Shown: positions 1 to 9,998 of the stretch, in pieces
Position numbering within the stretch: the stretch's first letter is position 1
Layout of the letters: the number at the start of each line of letters is the position of its first letter
Origin: Candidatus Chisholmbacteria bacterium
Lineage (GTDB): Bacteria > Patescibacteriota > Microgenomatia > UBA1400 > Chisholmbacteraceae
NCBI GenBank assembly: GCA_963704905.1
Contig: CAVPHZ010000001.1
Coordinates: 259,438-323,437 of the forward strand
DNA: 64,000 nt
Direction: 5' to 3'
Made by a program: the position numbers and the translations under genes
The notes under the pieces: model-generated
Databases searched by the model: none
Seen by the model: only the letters and a program-made list of their open reading frames with translations
What the model was told of the DNA's origin: nothing

Positions 1-755
1 AATGACCTCGGCGGCATGAGACGCAGTATTTGAATTATTCCGGGATGAGTGAGATTTGTGGGAATGTGAAATCGAAAACCGAGTTTGTATGCAAGTGGTA
101 ATTGTATGATTAAGTGAAGAAACGCTCCTAGTATTACCCCTACCGCCGGACCAAAAATACCCATGTATGGTGAGAGAAAAACAATGCCGCCGATAATGCT
201 TAGGTTGTACACAATCGGTGAGATCGCGGGAACGAGAAATCGCTGATGTGATTGAATAATTGCTGTTAGAAATCCTGAGCCTGCAAAGAAAATCTGCGCG
301 AGTAAAAAGAACCTGAGAAGTCGTGATAAAAGGAGAAGGTTTTCTGCGTCGAGTGACGGTGCAAGAAGACCTGAAATCTGTGTGCTCAGTAGGAAAAATA
401 TAGTTATCAGAACAATAAACAAAGCGGAAATGATCGTGATTGTTCCTGAGGCTATCTCGGATGCTTCTGCTTCATCTTTTTTCAAGTATTTTGAAAATAC
501 TGGAATAAAGGCTGCGGATAATGCACCGGTAATCAGAAGTTGAAACAAAGTGTCCGGAATAACGAACGCAGCAAAGTACGCATCGAGTTGAGACTCTTGT
601 CCTCCAAAAAACTCCGCTGCTAAAAGTCGGTTGCGAATAAGCCCAAGTACTGAGGATGTAGCATAGGCAACCATAATAATAAACGCCGCCGAAAGAATAT
701 TGGTTTGGCGACGCAATAATAATGCCTTGCTATTACTGAGCAAACCTTTTACCAT
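1..755 (-). CDS. murJ: Lipid II flippase MurJ (5' part, runs off window edge)
   Basis: Manual translation from ATG 755: MVKGLLSNSKALLLRRQTNILSAAFIIM...GLIRNRLLAAEF...LDAYFAAFVIPDTLFQLLITGALSAAFIPVF, the typical MurJ N-terminus; not in ORF track. Confidence 0.92.
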   Translation of the reverse strand, partial: MVKGLLSNSKALLLRRQTNILSAAFIIMVAYATSSVLGLIRNRLLAAEFFGGQESQLDAYFAAFVIPDTLFQLLITGALSAAFIPVFSKYLKKDEAEASEIASGTITIISALFIVLITIFFLLSTQISGLLAPSLDAENLLLLSRLLRFFLLAQIFFAGSGFLTAIIQSHQRFLVPAISPIVYNLSIIGGIVFLSPYMGIFGPAVGVILGAFLHLIIQLPLAYKLGFRFHIPTNLTHPGIIQILRLMPPRS

Positions 756-826
756 GCCAATTCAAGAGTATACCGTTATCTACTTGAGATTTAAAGCAGG
801 AAAGCGTAGAATACGTCATCTCAATT

Positions 827-1072
827 ATGCCAATTACATCATCAGCCAAAAAGGCACTACGAAAAGATCGACGTAGAGCTGATATTAATAAACCGAAGCG
901 AACCAAGGTCCGTTTGGCACTTCGTACGGCAAAAGAGACTCAATCGCTAGAACATGTTTCTCAAGCCCATTCAGTTATTGATCGAGCCGCCAAAACTGGT
1001 GTTATTCATCAAAATACAGCATCGCGGCTGAAGTCGCGTCTTCATCGCTTTGTGAAAAAACAATCTTCATAG
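827..1072 (+). CDS. rpsT: 30S ribosomal protein S20
   Basis: MPITSSAKKALR...IDRAAKTGVIHQNTASRLKSRL. Confidence 0.97.
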   Translation: MPITSSAKKALRKDRRRADINKPKRTKVRLALRTAKETQSLEHVSQAHSVIDRAAKTGVIHQNTASRLKSRLHRFVKKQSS

Positions 1073-1085
1073 TTTCCTTTCTTTT

Positions 1086-1114
1086 TTGACAGCTTCTGAC
1101 TCTGGCCCTATACT
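1086..1114 (+). promoter_or_regulatory. sigma70 promoter for the pilN/pilO-like operon
   Basis: TTGACA-17 nt-TATACT; start codon 5-8 nt downstream. Confidence 0.75.
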
Positions 1115-1119
1115 TATTT

Positions 1120-1716
1120 GTGATGGCTGCCCGAAAAGTAAAAATCGACCTACTTCTTCGAAAAGATTTCAGTCAAAAGTCTGCTGGTAAGCTTCTGTTA
1201 TGGGCGCTTACCGTTGGACGATACATCGCAATCTTCACTGAGCTCGTCGTTATCGCAGGAGTTATTGCCCGCTTTACCCTTGATTATCAACGAAATCGAA
1301 TTACTGAGGATATTCTTGAACAACAGGCGTTAGTTGATTCTTATTACTCAACTGAATTACAGATACGACGAGTTCATGCTCAACTTTCAACTGTAGCTCA
1401 GCTTGAAGACAAACAACTTGAGGTGGCTGAGACACTTGAGAAACTTTCAGCAATTACTCCACCTGATCTTCGCGTCGATTCTATGAAATATGATCAGGAA
1501 GCCTTGGAAATTGAGGGCGCTGTTCTCTCTGCACAAGGACTGTCAACGTTTTTATTCGGGCTACAGACTCTCCCGGCGTTTGATGACATCGTGCTTGAAT
1601 CTGTAGAAACTGGTGGTCCAAAAGATCCAAGTATTCACTTTGTCGTGGTGGTAGAACTTGGTGGAATTGTTGAGCAAACACCAACTCAACAACAAGCTAG
1701 TGAATCTGAATTGTGA
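1120..1716 (+). CDS. pilN: PilN-like type IV pilus assembly protein
   Basis: KIDLL N-terminal motif (INLLP-like), one TM, coiled coil, then LEKLSAITPPDLRVDSM ferredoxin-like domain; adjacent to PilO-like gene. Confidence 0.7.
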   Translation: MMAARKVKIDLLLRKDFSQKSAGKLLLWALTVGRYIAIFTELVVIAGVIARFTLDYQRNRITEDILEQQALVDSYYSTELQIRRVHAQLSTVAQLEDKQLEVAETLEKLSAITPPDLRVDSMKYDQEALEIEGAVLSAQGLSTFLFGLQTLPAFDDIVLESVETGGPKDPSIHFVVVVELGGIVEQTPTQQQASESEL

Positions 1717-1725
1717 GGATATCTT

Positions 1726-2373
1726 ATGGCATTTGAACAATCATCTATCCGTCGATATGGCCGCTTTTACCGTAATGCTCGAAAATATGCGTCTCGGCGC
1801 GAGGTGCTGATTTCTACTTATCTTATTTTGTCACTCTTTACTGTGTCATTTTTTGCGGCTGTTTTTATTCGTCCAACTGCTGTAAAAATTGCACGACTAT
1901 GGCGAGAAATCCAAGACAAGCGAACGGTTCAGACACAACTTGAGAAAAAAATACGAGATTTGGAGAAAGCACAGACTCTGTATACGTCAATTGAAGATGA
2001 GCTTTACCTTCTTGAGCGCGCTCTACCAACAGAGCCTCATTTCAATCGATTTGTACAGAAAATTGAATATTTATCATCAATACATGAAGTACGATTACAT
2101 TCTGGTCACTATTCGAGCGTCGAGCTCTACCGCCAAGAACCGGCTACCGCTTCTTCATCAGAGCTTGTTGCCTATCCGTTTGATATCACTTTACAAGGTT
2201 CATTTTCAGGCTTGAAAGAATTTGCTCAAGACTTGCAATCACTTGATCGTATGATCAGTCTTACCTCAATTTCGATGAGTCCTGTAGCAAGTCAGGAGCA
2301 AGAAGGAATTTATGAGTTGAGTGCGACAATTGAATCCTTGATGTATGCGTTTCCTGAGGGTCTTGAATATTAA
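1726..2373 (+). CDS. pilO: PilO-like type IV pilus assembly protein
   Basis: TM + coiled coil + ALPTEP...FDITLQGSFSGLKEFAQDLQSLDRMI pattern. Confidence 0.75.
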   Translation: MAFEQSSIRRYGRFYRNARKYASRREVLISTYLILSLFTVSFFAAVFIRPTAVKIARLWREIQDKRTVQTQLEKKIRDLEKAQTLYTSIEDELYLLERALPTEPHFNRFVQKIEYLSSIHEVRLHSGHYSSVELYRQEPATASSSELVAYPFDITLQGSFSGLKEFAQDLQSLDRMISLTSISMSPVASQEQEGIYELSATIESLMYAFPEGLEY

Positions 2374-2390
2374 TTAGTTTACACAATCCA

Positions 2391-2735
2391 ATGCCTACCA
2401 GCGAACAAATCAAAAAACAACTTTTTGAGTTGGGAATTCTTACACTTATCACCGTGCTGGTTTGGACTGGATATGGTGTGTATACCGCACTTACAGAACC
2501 ATCTCAATCACAAGTGACAAAAGAGGAATTGAGAACTGTTCCAACTAACCTCGATTTAAAGCAGCTCGAATCTCTTAAAAATAAAGTAGTCATTGATGAT
2601 AATACACTTACTAATTTTTCTTCAGGGAGAAAACCAGTTATAGAGGAAGGTACTCCCTCAGCATTACTTACACCCCCTCTAACCGAAGTGAGCGAGTCAA
2701 CATCGTCAGCCGCTCCTTCAAGCTTTAATCAATAA
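2391..2735 (+). CDS. Hypothetical single-TM protein in the PilP position
   Basis: N-terminal TM, Ser/Pro-rich tail, follows pilN/pilO. Confidence 0.6.
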   Translation: MPTSEQIKKQLFELGILTLITVLVWTGYGVYTALTEPSQSQVTKEELRTVPTNLDLKQLESLKNKVVIDDNTLTNFSSGRKPVIEEGTPSALLTPPLTEVSESTSSAAPSSFNQ

Positions 2736-2786
2736 CAAATTCGTCATGCATCCTATTGAGTTGATACAAAGTTTAGTGCTAGTATT

Positions 2787-4229
2787 GTGTTGATGCTTAA
2801 AAAGCGAATACCCACCATTTTGGGAATTTTTTTGTTGCTCGTAGGTATTGCGGCTGGTGTTTATTTGGTTGAACTTGGCCCGCAGTCTTTCACAACTCGG
2901 GCTAACCCAGAACTTCAACCAACGGGTGTGCGGGTATCAAATACTAGCGATAGATCTTTCACTGTATCTTGGAGAACTGAAGCTGCTTCACTCGGTTTTG
3001 TGCGTTATGGCGAAAATCGTTCATCACTTACCTTATCAGCGTTAGATAGTCGAGATGATGAAGGTAGTAGTGAACGATCGTTTACGAATCATTATGTTGA
3101 TGTTACGGGACTTACGCCACAGAAAACGTATTATTTTGAAATCATTTCTGGATCTGATTCGTCAGTTTTCAATGATGAGGGAAGCCCATTTTTGGTAACC
3201 ACAGGAGCTGCGTTACCACCTTCTGCATTATCAGATACTTCATATGGATCACTTTATTATCCCGATCTTAGTCCTGCAGAAGGCACGATTATTTATCTTA
3301 GCCTATCGAGTGGTACTGAGCTTTCTTCACTCACAGGTGCATCTGGAACTTGGGCAGTACCTCTATCGACAATGCGCAGTGATGATCTTTCCTCATACCT
3401 TGAGTATGATCGATCCGGCGCGGAGCTTCGTATTCTGGCACTAGGTCCTGATGGTTCACAAGCATCGGCAATCACTACAACGGGAAACGATTCACCTGTT
3501 AATGATCTGGTCCTTGGGGAGTCATATGACTTTACTATCTCACCGGTAGTTGATGGGTCACCAACAACACAAGAAAGTCAGTTTTCTCTCGAAGATTTTG
3601 ACGTCGATGTATCTACTCTTCCTTTAGAGAATGCCGTAACTGTTGAAAACATCTCTGAGGGAGAATCGGTCAATACTCAGCAACCAGCATTTGTGGGCGA
3701 GGCTCCACCAGGAGCGACTCTTGAAATTGTTCTAGAATCAAATCAACCTATATCAGACACTGTGGTGGTTGGCAATTCTGGTGAGTGGTCATGGTCTCCA
3801 TCGACATCACTTGAACCAGGACCACACACCATAACTCTTCGTTGGCTTGACGTAAATGGAATTAGTCGAGTTTTCACCCGAAACTTCGTCGTTTTCGCTC
3901 AAGGAGAGAGTTCTTTACCGTCATTTGAGGCAACTCCTTCTGCTTCACCGACTCCTGTAGAACTCGCTCAAGGTCCAAGCCCAACACCTCCTCCGGTATC
4001 ACAACCAACTCTTACTCCCACAGCTGCACCAACACCCGTTCCAACGGCTGTACCGACTTTAGCGCCATCACCCAGGGTGACACCGAGCACGTCATCGCCA
4101 TCCTCTTCGGCAACTGATCCATCTCTTCCTGTTCCTGGTACTGGTTTCTTTAGTATCGGAGTGGTTATCTTTGGTATTCTTTTGAGCGTGATTGGCTCCT
4201 CAGTTCTTTTCTTGAAACGATCAACATAA
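2787..4229 (+). CDS. Surface protein: FN3-like domain, Ig-like domain, Pro/Thr/Ser linker, C-terminal LPxxG-TM-basic tail
   Basis: VRVSNTSDRSFTVSWRT...HYVDVTGLTPQKTYYF (FN3); GEWSWSPSTSLEPGPHTI (Ig-like); PTPT runs; LPVPGTG + TM + KRST. Confidence 0.8.
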   Translation: MLMLKKRIPTILGIFLLLVGIAAGVYLVELGPQSFTTRANPELQPTGVRVSNTSDRSFTVSWRTEAASLGFVRYGENRSSLTLSALDSRDDEGSSERSFTNHYVDVTGLTPQKTYYFEIISGSDSSVFNDEGSPFLVTTGAALPPSALSDTSYGSLYYPDLSPAEGTIIYLSLSSGTELSSLTGASGTWAVPLSTMRSDDLSSYLEYDRSGAELRILALGPDGSQASAITTTGNDSPVNDLVLGESYDFTISPVVDGSPTTQESQFSLEDFDVDVSTLPLENAVTVENISEGESVNTQQPAFVGEAPPGATLEIVLESNQPISDTVVVGNSGEWSWSPSTSLEPGPHTITLRWLDVNGISRVFTRNFVVFAQGESSLPSFEATPSASPTPVELAQGPSPTPPPVSQPTLTPTAAPTPVPTAVPTLAPSPRVTPSTSSPSSSATDPSLPVPGTGFFSIGVVIFGILLSVIGSSVLFLKRST

Positions 4230-4248
4230 CTTTCCCTGTCTTTCGAAC

Positions 4249-4257
4249 TGGTACAAT
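4249..4257 (+). promoter_or_regulatory. Extended -10 promoter, probably leaderless
   Basis: TGgTACAAT followed 6 nt later by ATG 4264. Confidence 0.6.
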
Positions 4258-4263
4258 ACCTGC

Positions 4264-5535
4264 ATGCGTGTGGCTATTGTTGGAGCAGGATTTGTTGGCC
4301 TCACAAGTGCTTTCCGTTTACTTCAGCAAGGTCTGCAGGTCGAATTATTTGAAGCTTCGGAAATTCCGGGTGGTTTAGCCAGTGGATTTCAGCTTCCTCA
4401 GTGGGATTGGCCACTTGAACGGTTTTATCATCATATCTTTTCAAATGACCAGTCAATTATCCGACTTTCTCGCGAGATTGGTTGGCCAGCTCAATTCTAC
4501 CGACCAACGACTTCTCTTTATTACAACCAGGATATTTTTCCGTTTGACTCTGCTAAACATCTACTTGCATTTCCACATCTCACAATAGGTGAACGACTCC
4601 GAATGGGAGCAACGTTGGGTTTTTTAAAGATTACTCCTTTCTGGAAACCACTTGAGCATGTCGAAGCAGATAATTTTCTTTCCTTACTCATGGGTTCTCG
4701 TGGATATGAGACTGTATGGAAACCTTTGCTTAAAGCAAAATTTGGTCCTCATTATAAGAAGGTCAATGCTGCGTGGTTTTGGGCTCGGATACATAAGCGA
4801 ACACCAACACTGGGATATTTTCAACGTGGATTCCAAGGACTTGCAGATCAATTAACTCATGAGATACGTCTGCTTGGAGGAAGTATTCACTTAAACTCTC
4901 CTGTAGTAAGCATTGAGAAGAAGAAACGATATTTCAAATTAATCACTCAAGATGGCATTCATTCGTATGATCGAGTTCTCGTGACAACTGCAACACCTTT
5001 ATTTCTATCCATGGTACCTGAACTTCCTCAAGAGTATCGTCGACCGCTTTTAAACATGCAGCATCTTGACGCTCTGGTGGTTACGTTAGTCTCGCGAAAA
5101 TCTGTTATGCAGGATGTTTACTGGTTGAACGTACTTGATGCAAGGTTACCTTTTGTAATAGTAGTTGAGCATACGAATATGATTACTTCTCAACATTATG
5201 GTAACCAACACCTTCTCTACCTTGGTGCATATTTACCCACTAATCATCCGTTCTTCCAGCTCTCAAAACGCACCATTATCTCACTCGCTTTTGACGAACT
5301 ACGATCGATATATCCTACATTTGATGCAGGTAGCATTGTAGATAGCTTTGTTCATAGAGGACGATATGCCCAGCCAGTAGTTCCTATAAACTACTCCCAG
5401 AGAATTCCCAATTTTCGTACTCCCATAAACTATCTCTATCTTGGTAATTTGTCTATGGTGTATCCTTGGGATCGTGGTACAAACTATGCTGTTGAATTGG
5501 GAGAAACGCTGGCGAACATCATTACTCAGTCCTAG
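4264..5535 (+). CDS. FAD-dependent oxidoreductase (amine oxidase/protoporphyrinogen oxidase-like family)
   Basis: Rossmann GAGFVGL, GGLA, ERFYHHIF, C-terminal YPWDRGTNYAV. Confidence 0.85.
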   Translation: MRVAIVGAGFVGLTSAFRLLQQGLQVELFEASEIPGGLASGFQLPQWDWPLERFYHHIFSNDQSIIRLSREIGWPAQFYRPTTSLYYNQDIFPFDSAKHLLAFPHLTIGERLRMGATLGFLKITPFWKPLEHVEADNFLSLLMGSRGYETVWKPLLKAKFGPHYKKVNAAWFWARIHKRTPTLGYFQRGFQGLADQLTHEIRLLGGSIHLNSPVVSIEKKKRYFKLITQDGIHSYDRVLVTTATPLFLSMVPELPQEYRRPLLNMQHLDALVVTLVSRKSVMQDVYWLNVLDARLPFVIVVEHTNMITSQHYGNQHLLYLGAYLPTNHPFFQLSKRTIISLAFDELRSIYPTFDAGSIVDSFVHRGRYAQPVVPINYSQRIPNFRTPINYLYLGNLSMVYPWDRGTNYAVELGETLANIITQS

Positions 5536-7162
5536 CATTATCGCTCTCATTATTGTCGGGCTTATTTTACGGTTTTCTCATCTTGCATGGGGAAGTCCAT
5601 ATTTTTTTCATCCTGATGAGCGGAATATCGCTTCAGCGATTACTCGTTTAGAAATTCCAACTAACTACAATCCAGAGTTTTTTGCCTATGGTGGATTTCC
5701 AATATATCTGAATTTTTTCTTGCAATTTATACTCTCATTGTTTGGGATTATCATCGGGGTAGATCCATTCTCTTCCGCTGTGTATATCGGACGATTCCTT
5801 TCTGCTTTCTCATCAGTTGCGAGTATTCCTCTGACATTTCTGGTAGGAAAACGACTTTTTAATACACGTGTCGGGTTTCTCGCTATGCTTCTCGTAACTT
5901 TTAATGCTGGGCTCATTCAATATGCTCATTTTGGCACATTTGAGAGCATTCTTGCTCTCCTATACTTGCTTCTTGTTTTTGCATCACATCAGGTCATTAT
6001 AAAAAACTCTCTTATTTCCTGGATTTCTCTAGGGTTCATTGCTGGTCTATCTATAGGAACAAAAGTGACCAGTTTGCTCGTGCTCGGAGTCTATCCATAT
6101 CTGTTTTTCCTGCTACTCTATGGTGGTCAGGTTAAGAATCGTTGGCAACGGATTATCTTTCCTATGATTGTTTCGGTTGTACTGGCCGGGTTGATTTTCA
6201 TTGTGACCAATCCATATGTTCTCCTTGATTTTTCAAGTTTTCAAACAAGCGTATTGGCTGAAAGCAGTATCGCAAGTGGCTCAATTCCTGCCTTTTATAC
6301 ACGTCAATTTATTGATACTCTCCCAGTCATTTTTCATTTTTCGTCGATCTTTCCCTGGATATTGGGTTGGGGGCTGACTTTGGTTTTGCCGTTTGCAATT
6401 CTCTATGGCATTTGGACATTTAAGCTCGGAGATCAGAATTTCAAGCTATTATTCGTGGCTGTTATTCCGCATCTGATTTTCGATTTTTTTCTTTTTGCAA
6501 AGTGGACACGATATATTGTTCCACTTCTTCCTCTAATTATTATTCTCGTAACTGCGTTTTTAATTCATGCTCTTCAGTCACGAAATCAATTCAAACACTT
6601 ACTGATCACTTCGGTTCTATTTGGTGTTATTGTTACGACCTTGATATCTGGGTTATCTATGTATTCTGTTTATCGTAGACCAGATACTCGAATTGAGGCT
6701 GCTGCTTGGACTCAAGAATATATTCCTACATCTGCTTTGATACTGACCGAATCCAACGATCTTGGTATTCTTCCGTTCAGTCGAGATAGTGTTACTGCAT
6801 TTAATTTTTATGATCTTGATACTCCTTCCCAGAAAGCAACTGCCGTTCAACAGCTGATTGTTCAACTTGAGCGCAGTGATTACGTGCTGATTTTGAGTCG
6901 AAGGGTTTGGAGAAGTGTTCTGGCTCATCCTGAACGATTTCCGATTACCTCTCGCTTCTACTCCACACTCTTGGACAGAAGTTTGGGTTATTCACTCGTT
7001 CAGACTTTTTCAGCGTATCCAAATTTATTGGGTTGGGAATTTCCGGATAATGAAGCAGAGGAGACTTTTCGCGTTTTTGATCATCCGACACTGTACCTTT
7101 TTCATAAAGACGAGGTCAATTCAGCAGACTTTTATTATTCTATGCTGAATGGCGATATATGA
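5486..7162 (+). CDS. GT-C fold membrane glycosyltransferase (ArnT/PMT-like)
   Basis: Multi-TM; HPDER and FAYGGFP motifs; start moved to ATG 5486. Confidence 0.8.
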   Translation: MLLNWEKRWRTSLLSPSIIALIIVGLILRFSHLAWGSPYFFHPDERNIASAITRLEIPTNYNPEFFAYGGFPIYLNFFLQFILSLFGIIIGVDPFSSAVYIGRFLSAFSSVASIPLTFLVGKRLFNTRVGFLAMLLVTFNAGLIQYAHFGTFESILALLYLLLVFASHQVIIKNSLISWISLGFIAGLSIGTKVTSLLVLGVYPYLFFLLLYGGQVKNRWQRIIFPMIVSVVLAGLIFIVTNPYVLLDFSSFQTSVLAESSIASGSIPAFYTRQFIDTLPVIFHFSSIFPWILGWGLTLVLPFAILYGIWTFKLGDQNFKLLFVAVIPHLIFDFFLFAKWTRYIVPLLPLIIILVTAFLIHALQSRNQFKHLLITSVLFGVIVTTLISGLSMYSVYRRPDTRIEAAAWTQEYIPTSALILTESNDLGILPFSRDSVTAFNFYDLDTPSQKATAVQQLIVQLERSDYVLILSRRVWRSVLAHPERFPITSRFYSTLLDRSLGYSLVQTFSAYPNLLGWEFPDNEAEETFRVFDHPTLYLFHKDEVNSADFYYSMLNGDI

Positions 7163-8871
7163 GAACCTTTCGAGTGATAGTCATTCTTATTGTAATATTG
7201 TCACTTGGGGTACTGTTTCGTTTTTACGGTTTGAATTGGGATTCAAATCAACATCTTCATCCGGATGAACGATTCTTGACTCTGGTTACTCTTGATACGC
7301 ACTGGCCAAAAACATTTGCACAATACCTTACTCCTAATTTGTCACCACTTAACCCGTACAATGCTGGACACTCGTTCTTTGTCTATGGAACGTTCCCGCT
7401 AACACTTGTGAAGTTTCTTTCTTCGGTAATCACACTTCATTCAAATCCGTATCACAACATTACGCTGGTTGGGCGTGTAGCATCAGCTTTTTTTGATCTT
7501 GGAACGCTTATAGTTGTTTTTCTCATTGGCCGAAAGGTTTTTGGACAACGAGTGGGCCTAGTTGCAAGTTTTGTATATGCTTTGATGGTCCTTCCTATCC
7601 AACTCTCGCATTTCTTTGCTGTTGATACGTTTCTGGTTTTTTTTACGGTTCTCTCGTTCTACTTCATCCTATTCTCTGTTCCGAAAAAATTGTGTTGGCC
7701 TATGATTGTATTGAGCGGATGCTCATTTGGTTTGGGAATGGGAAGTAAGGTATCTGCTCTGATAATGCTTCCTGTTTTATTGATCGGATTGGCTTTTTCT
7801 GGAATGAAGAAATCGACACTTGTTTTAACATTTTCTGCTCTGGGTATGTTTCTTCTTTCTGCTTTGGTTGCCTTCCGAATCGCTGACCCACATGCTTTTT
7901 CCTCACAATCTGTCCTTGATTTACAATTTAACCATCAGTTTATTGATAATCTGAAACAGTTGAGACAATTCAACGCTCCCGAAACTCGCTTTCCCCCCTC
8001 GATTCAATGGATCTCGACCACACCTTATCTCTTTCCTTTGAAGAACATGCTGCTATGGGGTCTGGGTATCCCTCTAGGAATAATCACTTTCGTGGGTGTT
8101 TTTTATTACCTTTTAGTTGTTGTTGTGCAATTACGATCTTATTCCAAAAAAAATAAATTTTCTTTCACAACTATACCTGTTCAGCAATTATTTCAACTTT
8201 TGATTCTTATTTATATTTCTATTGTTTTTGTTTACCAGGGTGGGCAGTTTTCAAAGGCAATGAGGTATTTTTACCCAATATACCCTTTCCTTTCACTCGT
8301 AGCTGCTTTCTTTATAACTCAGATTATTATAAGAGTGATGAGTCGACGTTATTTTGTGCAGTTAGTAGTTTCTCTTGTTATCGTTTTTTATCCCTTCTCT
8401 TTTTTATCTATTTACTCTCGTCCACATTCCCGGGTTGTAGCGTCGCAGTGGATTTACGAGCACATACCTGTGAATTCCATCATCTCTTGCGAGTATTGGG
8501 ATGATTGCTTGCCACTTTCGCTTGGATCTAATTTTCCATCTCTCTATTCCACTGAAGTACTTCACCTTTATGATCCTGATACTCCTCAAAAGTGGGGCTT
8601 TATTAGTCAACAACTGGAAAAATTGGACTATTTCATACTCTCTTCAAATCGGCTCTCGGGTTCGATATCGCGTGTTCCCTCCCTTTACCCTCAAACATCT
8701 ACATTTTACAAAGACCTGTTTTCAGGAGCGCTTGGTTTTGAGCAAGTTGCTGAATTCACTTCACGTCCTACCATTCCGTTTTTGGATATTGAATTGGCCG
8801 ATGACGGAGCGGATGAGTCGTTTACAGTCTATGACCATCCGAAAGTGATGATTTTTCGTAAGAAATATTAA
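7159..8871 (+). CDS. GT-C fold membrane glycosyltransferase (ArnT/PMT-like), paralog of upstream gene
   Basis: HPDER, FVYGTFP, C-terminal ESFTVYDHP; ATGA-coupled. Confidence 0.82.
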   Translation: MRTFRVIVILIVILSLGVLFRFYGLNWDSNQHLHPDERFLTLVTLDTHWPKTFAQYLTPNLSPLNPYNAGHSFFVYGTFPLTLVKFLSSVITLHSNPYHNITLVGRVASAFFDLGTLIVVFLIGRKVFGQRVGLVASFVYALMVLPIQLSHFFAVDTFLVFFTVLSFYFILFSVPKKLCWPMIVLSGCSFGLGMGSKVSALIMLPVLLIGLAFSGMKKSTLVLTFSALGMFLLSALVAFRIADPHAFSSQSVLDLQFNHQFIDNLKQLRQFNAPETRFPPSIQWISTTPYLFPLKNMLLWGLGIPLGIITFVGVFYYLLVVVVQLRSYSKKNKFSFTTIPVQQLFQLLILIYISIVFVYQGGQFSKAMRYFYPIYPFLSLVAAFFITQIIIRVMSRRYFVQLVVSLVIVFYPFSFLSIYSRPHSRVVASQWIYEHIPVNSIISCEYWDDCLPLSLGSNFPSLYSTEVLHLYDPDTPQKWGFISQQLEKLDYFILSSNRLSGSISRVPSLYPQTSTFYKDLFSGALGFEQVAEFTSRPTIPFLDIELADDGADESFTVYDHPKVMIFRKKY

Positions 8872-9998
8872 TCTGCTTTCAGGAACAGCTTCTCGTATTT
8901 AATCATAGTTTGGTGATGATTAAATACCTTTTTAACTTTTTCTGCATGATGGGCGTATTTTCTTCTATTTGTTAGAACCTCACTGATTCCATCTGCAATC
9001 GCTCTTGGATTTTCTGATTCAACGAGTACTCCCATCCTCGTTTTTTGGATTACCCAACGAGCTCCGGGAATGTTGGTGCAAACTACTGGTACTCCATGAA
9101 GCATTGCTTCAACTTGAACTGAAGGGAAGCAATCTGACTTTGAAGGGAGCACAAAGACATCAAGCATCTCATAAAATGCAGCAAGTTTTTTTTCATCTCC
9201 TATAAGACCGAGTAAAATAATTCTATTTTTATATTTGTTTATCAATGGTTCTATTTTTTTCCAGTAATGTTCATAGGTTATTTTTGTTTCTCCGGAAAAC
9301 ACGAACAGCGTGTTTGCGTGTTTTTTTAAAACAAACGGTATTGATTGAAGTAGATACTCAACCCCTTTCTCCTCAACGAATCTCCCAGCAAAACCTACTA
9401 TCTTATGATTGCTGTTAATCTTGCTTCGTATCCATTTCCATTCTGCTACTCCTGGTTTCTCGATTGTTACGATTGGAGGAATGACAACCCACTTCTGCTG
9501 ATGAGATTTCAATACATTGGATTGTTGGGCATAATCTTGAGTTTGTATGATAATTTTTTCGGCTCGATTCAAGGCATAAGTTGATAATTGTTGATACAAC
9601 TTCATGATTGCAGTGTTTAGAGAGCCTGATGGTAAGAGAAGATCGCCATTGTGTATGACATACAGAGGTTTACTTGTTCTTTTTGTCAAGGTTGCTATGG
9701 CAGCGATTTCAGCTAGTGGAAGATAGACAATAATTCTATCGGCACTTTTTACAAGATGCTGAAATTGGATGAGAAAGGACGGTGCAATTTGGGTTCTGCT
9801 TACCCTGAGCATCACAGGAGATCTGTGCACTTTTACATTTCGTATAGTTTCTTGAATAGCTAATTCATTTGTGTGTTGGGTGCAGAGAACCTCAACGTCA
9901 TGTCCTCTATTGGCAAGCCCTTCTGCCAATCGGGCAGCATAGCGAGTTAGTCCAGTCCAGTGAGGTCGATAGTACGTGAGGGTGAAAAGCAATTTCAT
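8868..9998 (-). CDS. GT4 glycosyltransferase
   Basis: FAGRFVEEKG, VFVLPSKSDCFPSVQVEAM. Confidence 0.9.
   Translation of the reverse strand: MKLLFTLTYYRPHWTGLTRYAARLAEGLANRGHDVEVLCTQHTNELAIQETIRNVKVHRSPVMLRVSRTQIAPSFLIQFQHLVKSADRIIVYLPLAEIAAIATLTKRTSKPLYVIHNGDLLLPSGSLNTAIMKLYQQLSTYALNRAEKIIIQTQDYAQQSNVLKSHQQKWVVIPPIVTIEKPGVAEWKWIRSKINSNHKIVGFAGRFVEEKGVEYLLQSIPFVLKKHANTLFVFSGETKITYEHYWKKIEPLINKYKNRIILLGLIGDEKKLAAFYEMLDVFVLPSKSDCFPSVQVEAMLHGVPVVCTNIPGARWVIQKTRMGVLVESENPRAIADGISEVLTNRRKYAHHAEKVKKVFNHHQTMIKYEKLFLKAD

Noticed and set aside
3930-4120. Repeat-like CCAAC/ACTCC-rich stretch as possible array
   Set aside because: It is the coding Pro/Thr/Ser linker; no fixed repeat-spacer structure. 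No CRISPR array was seen in the window.
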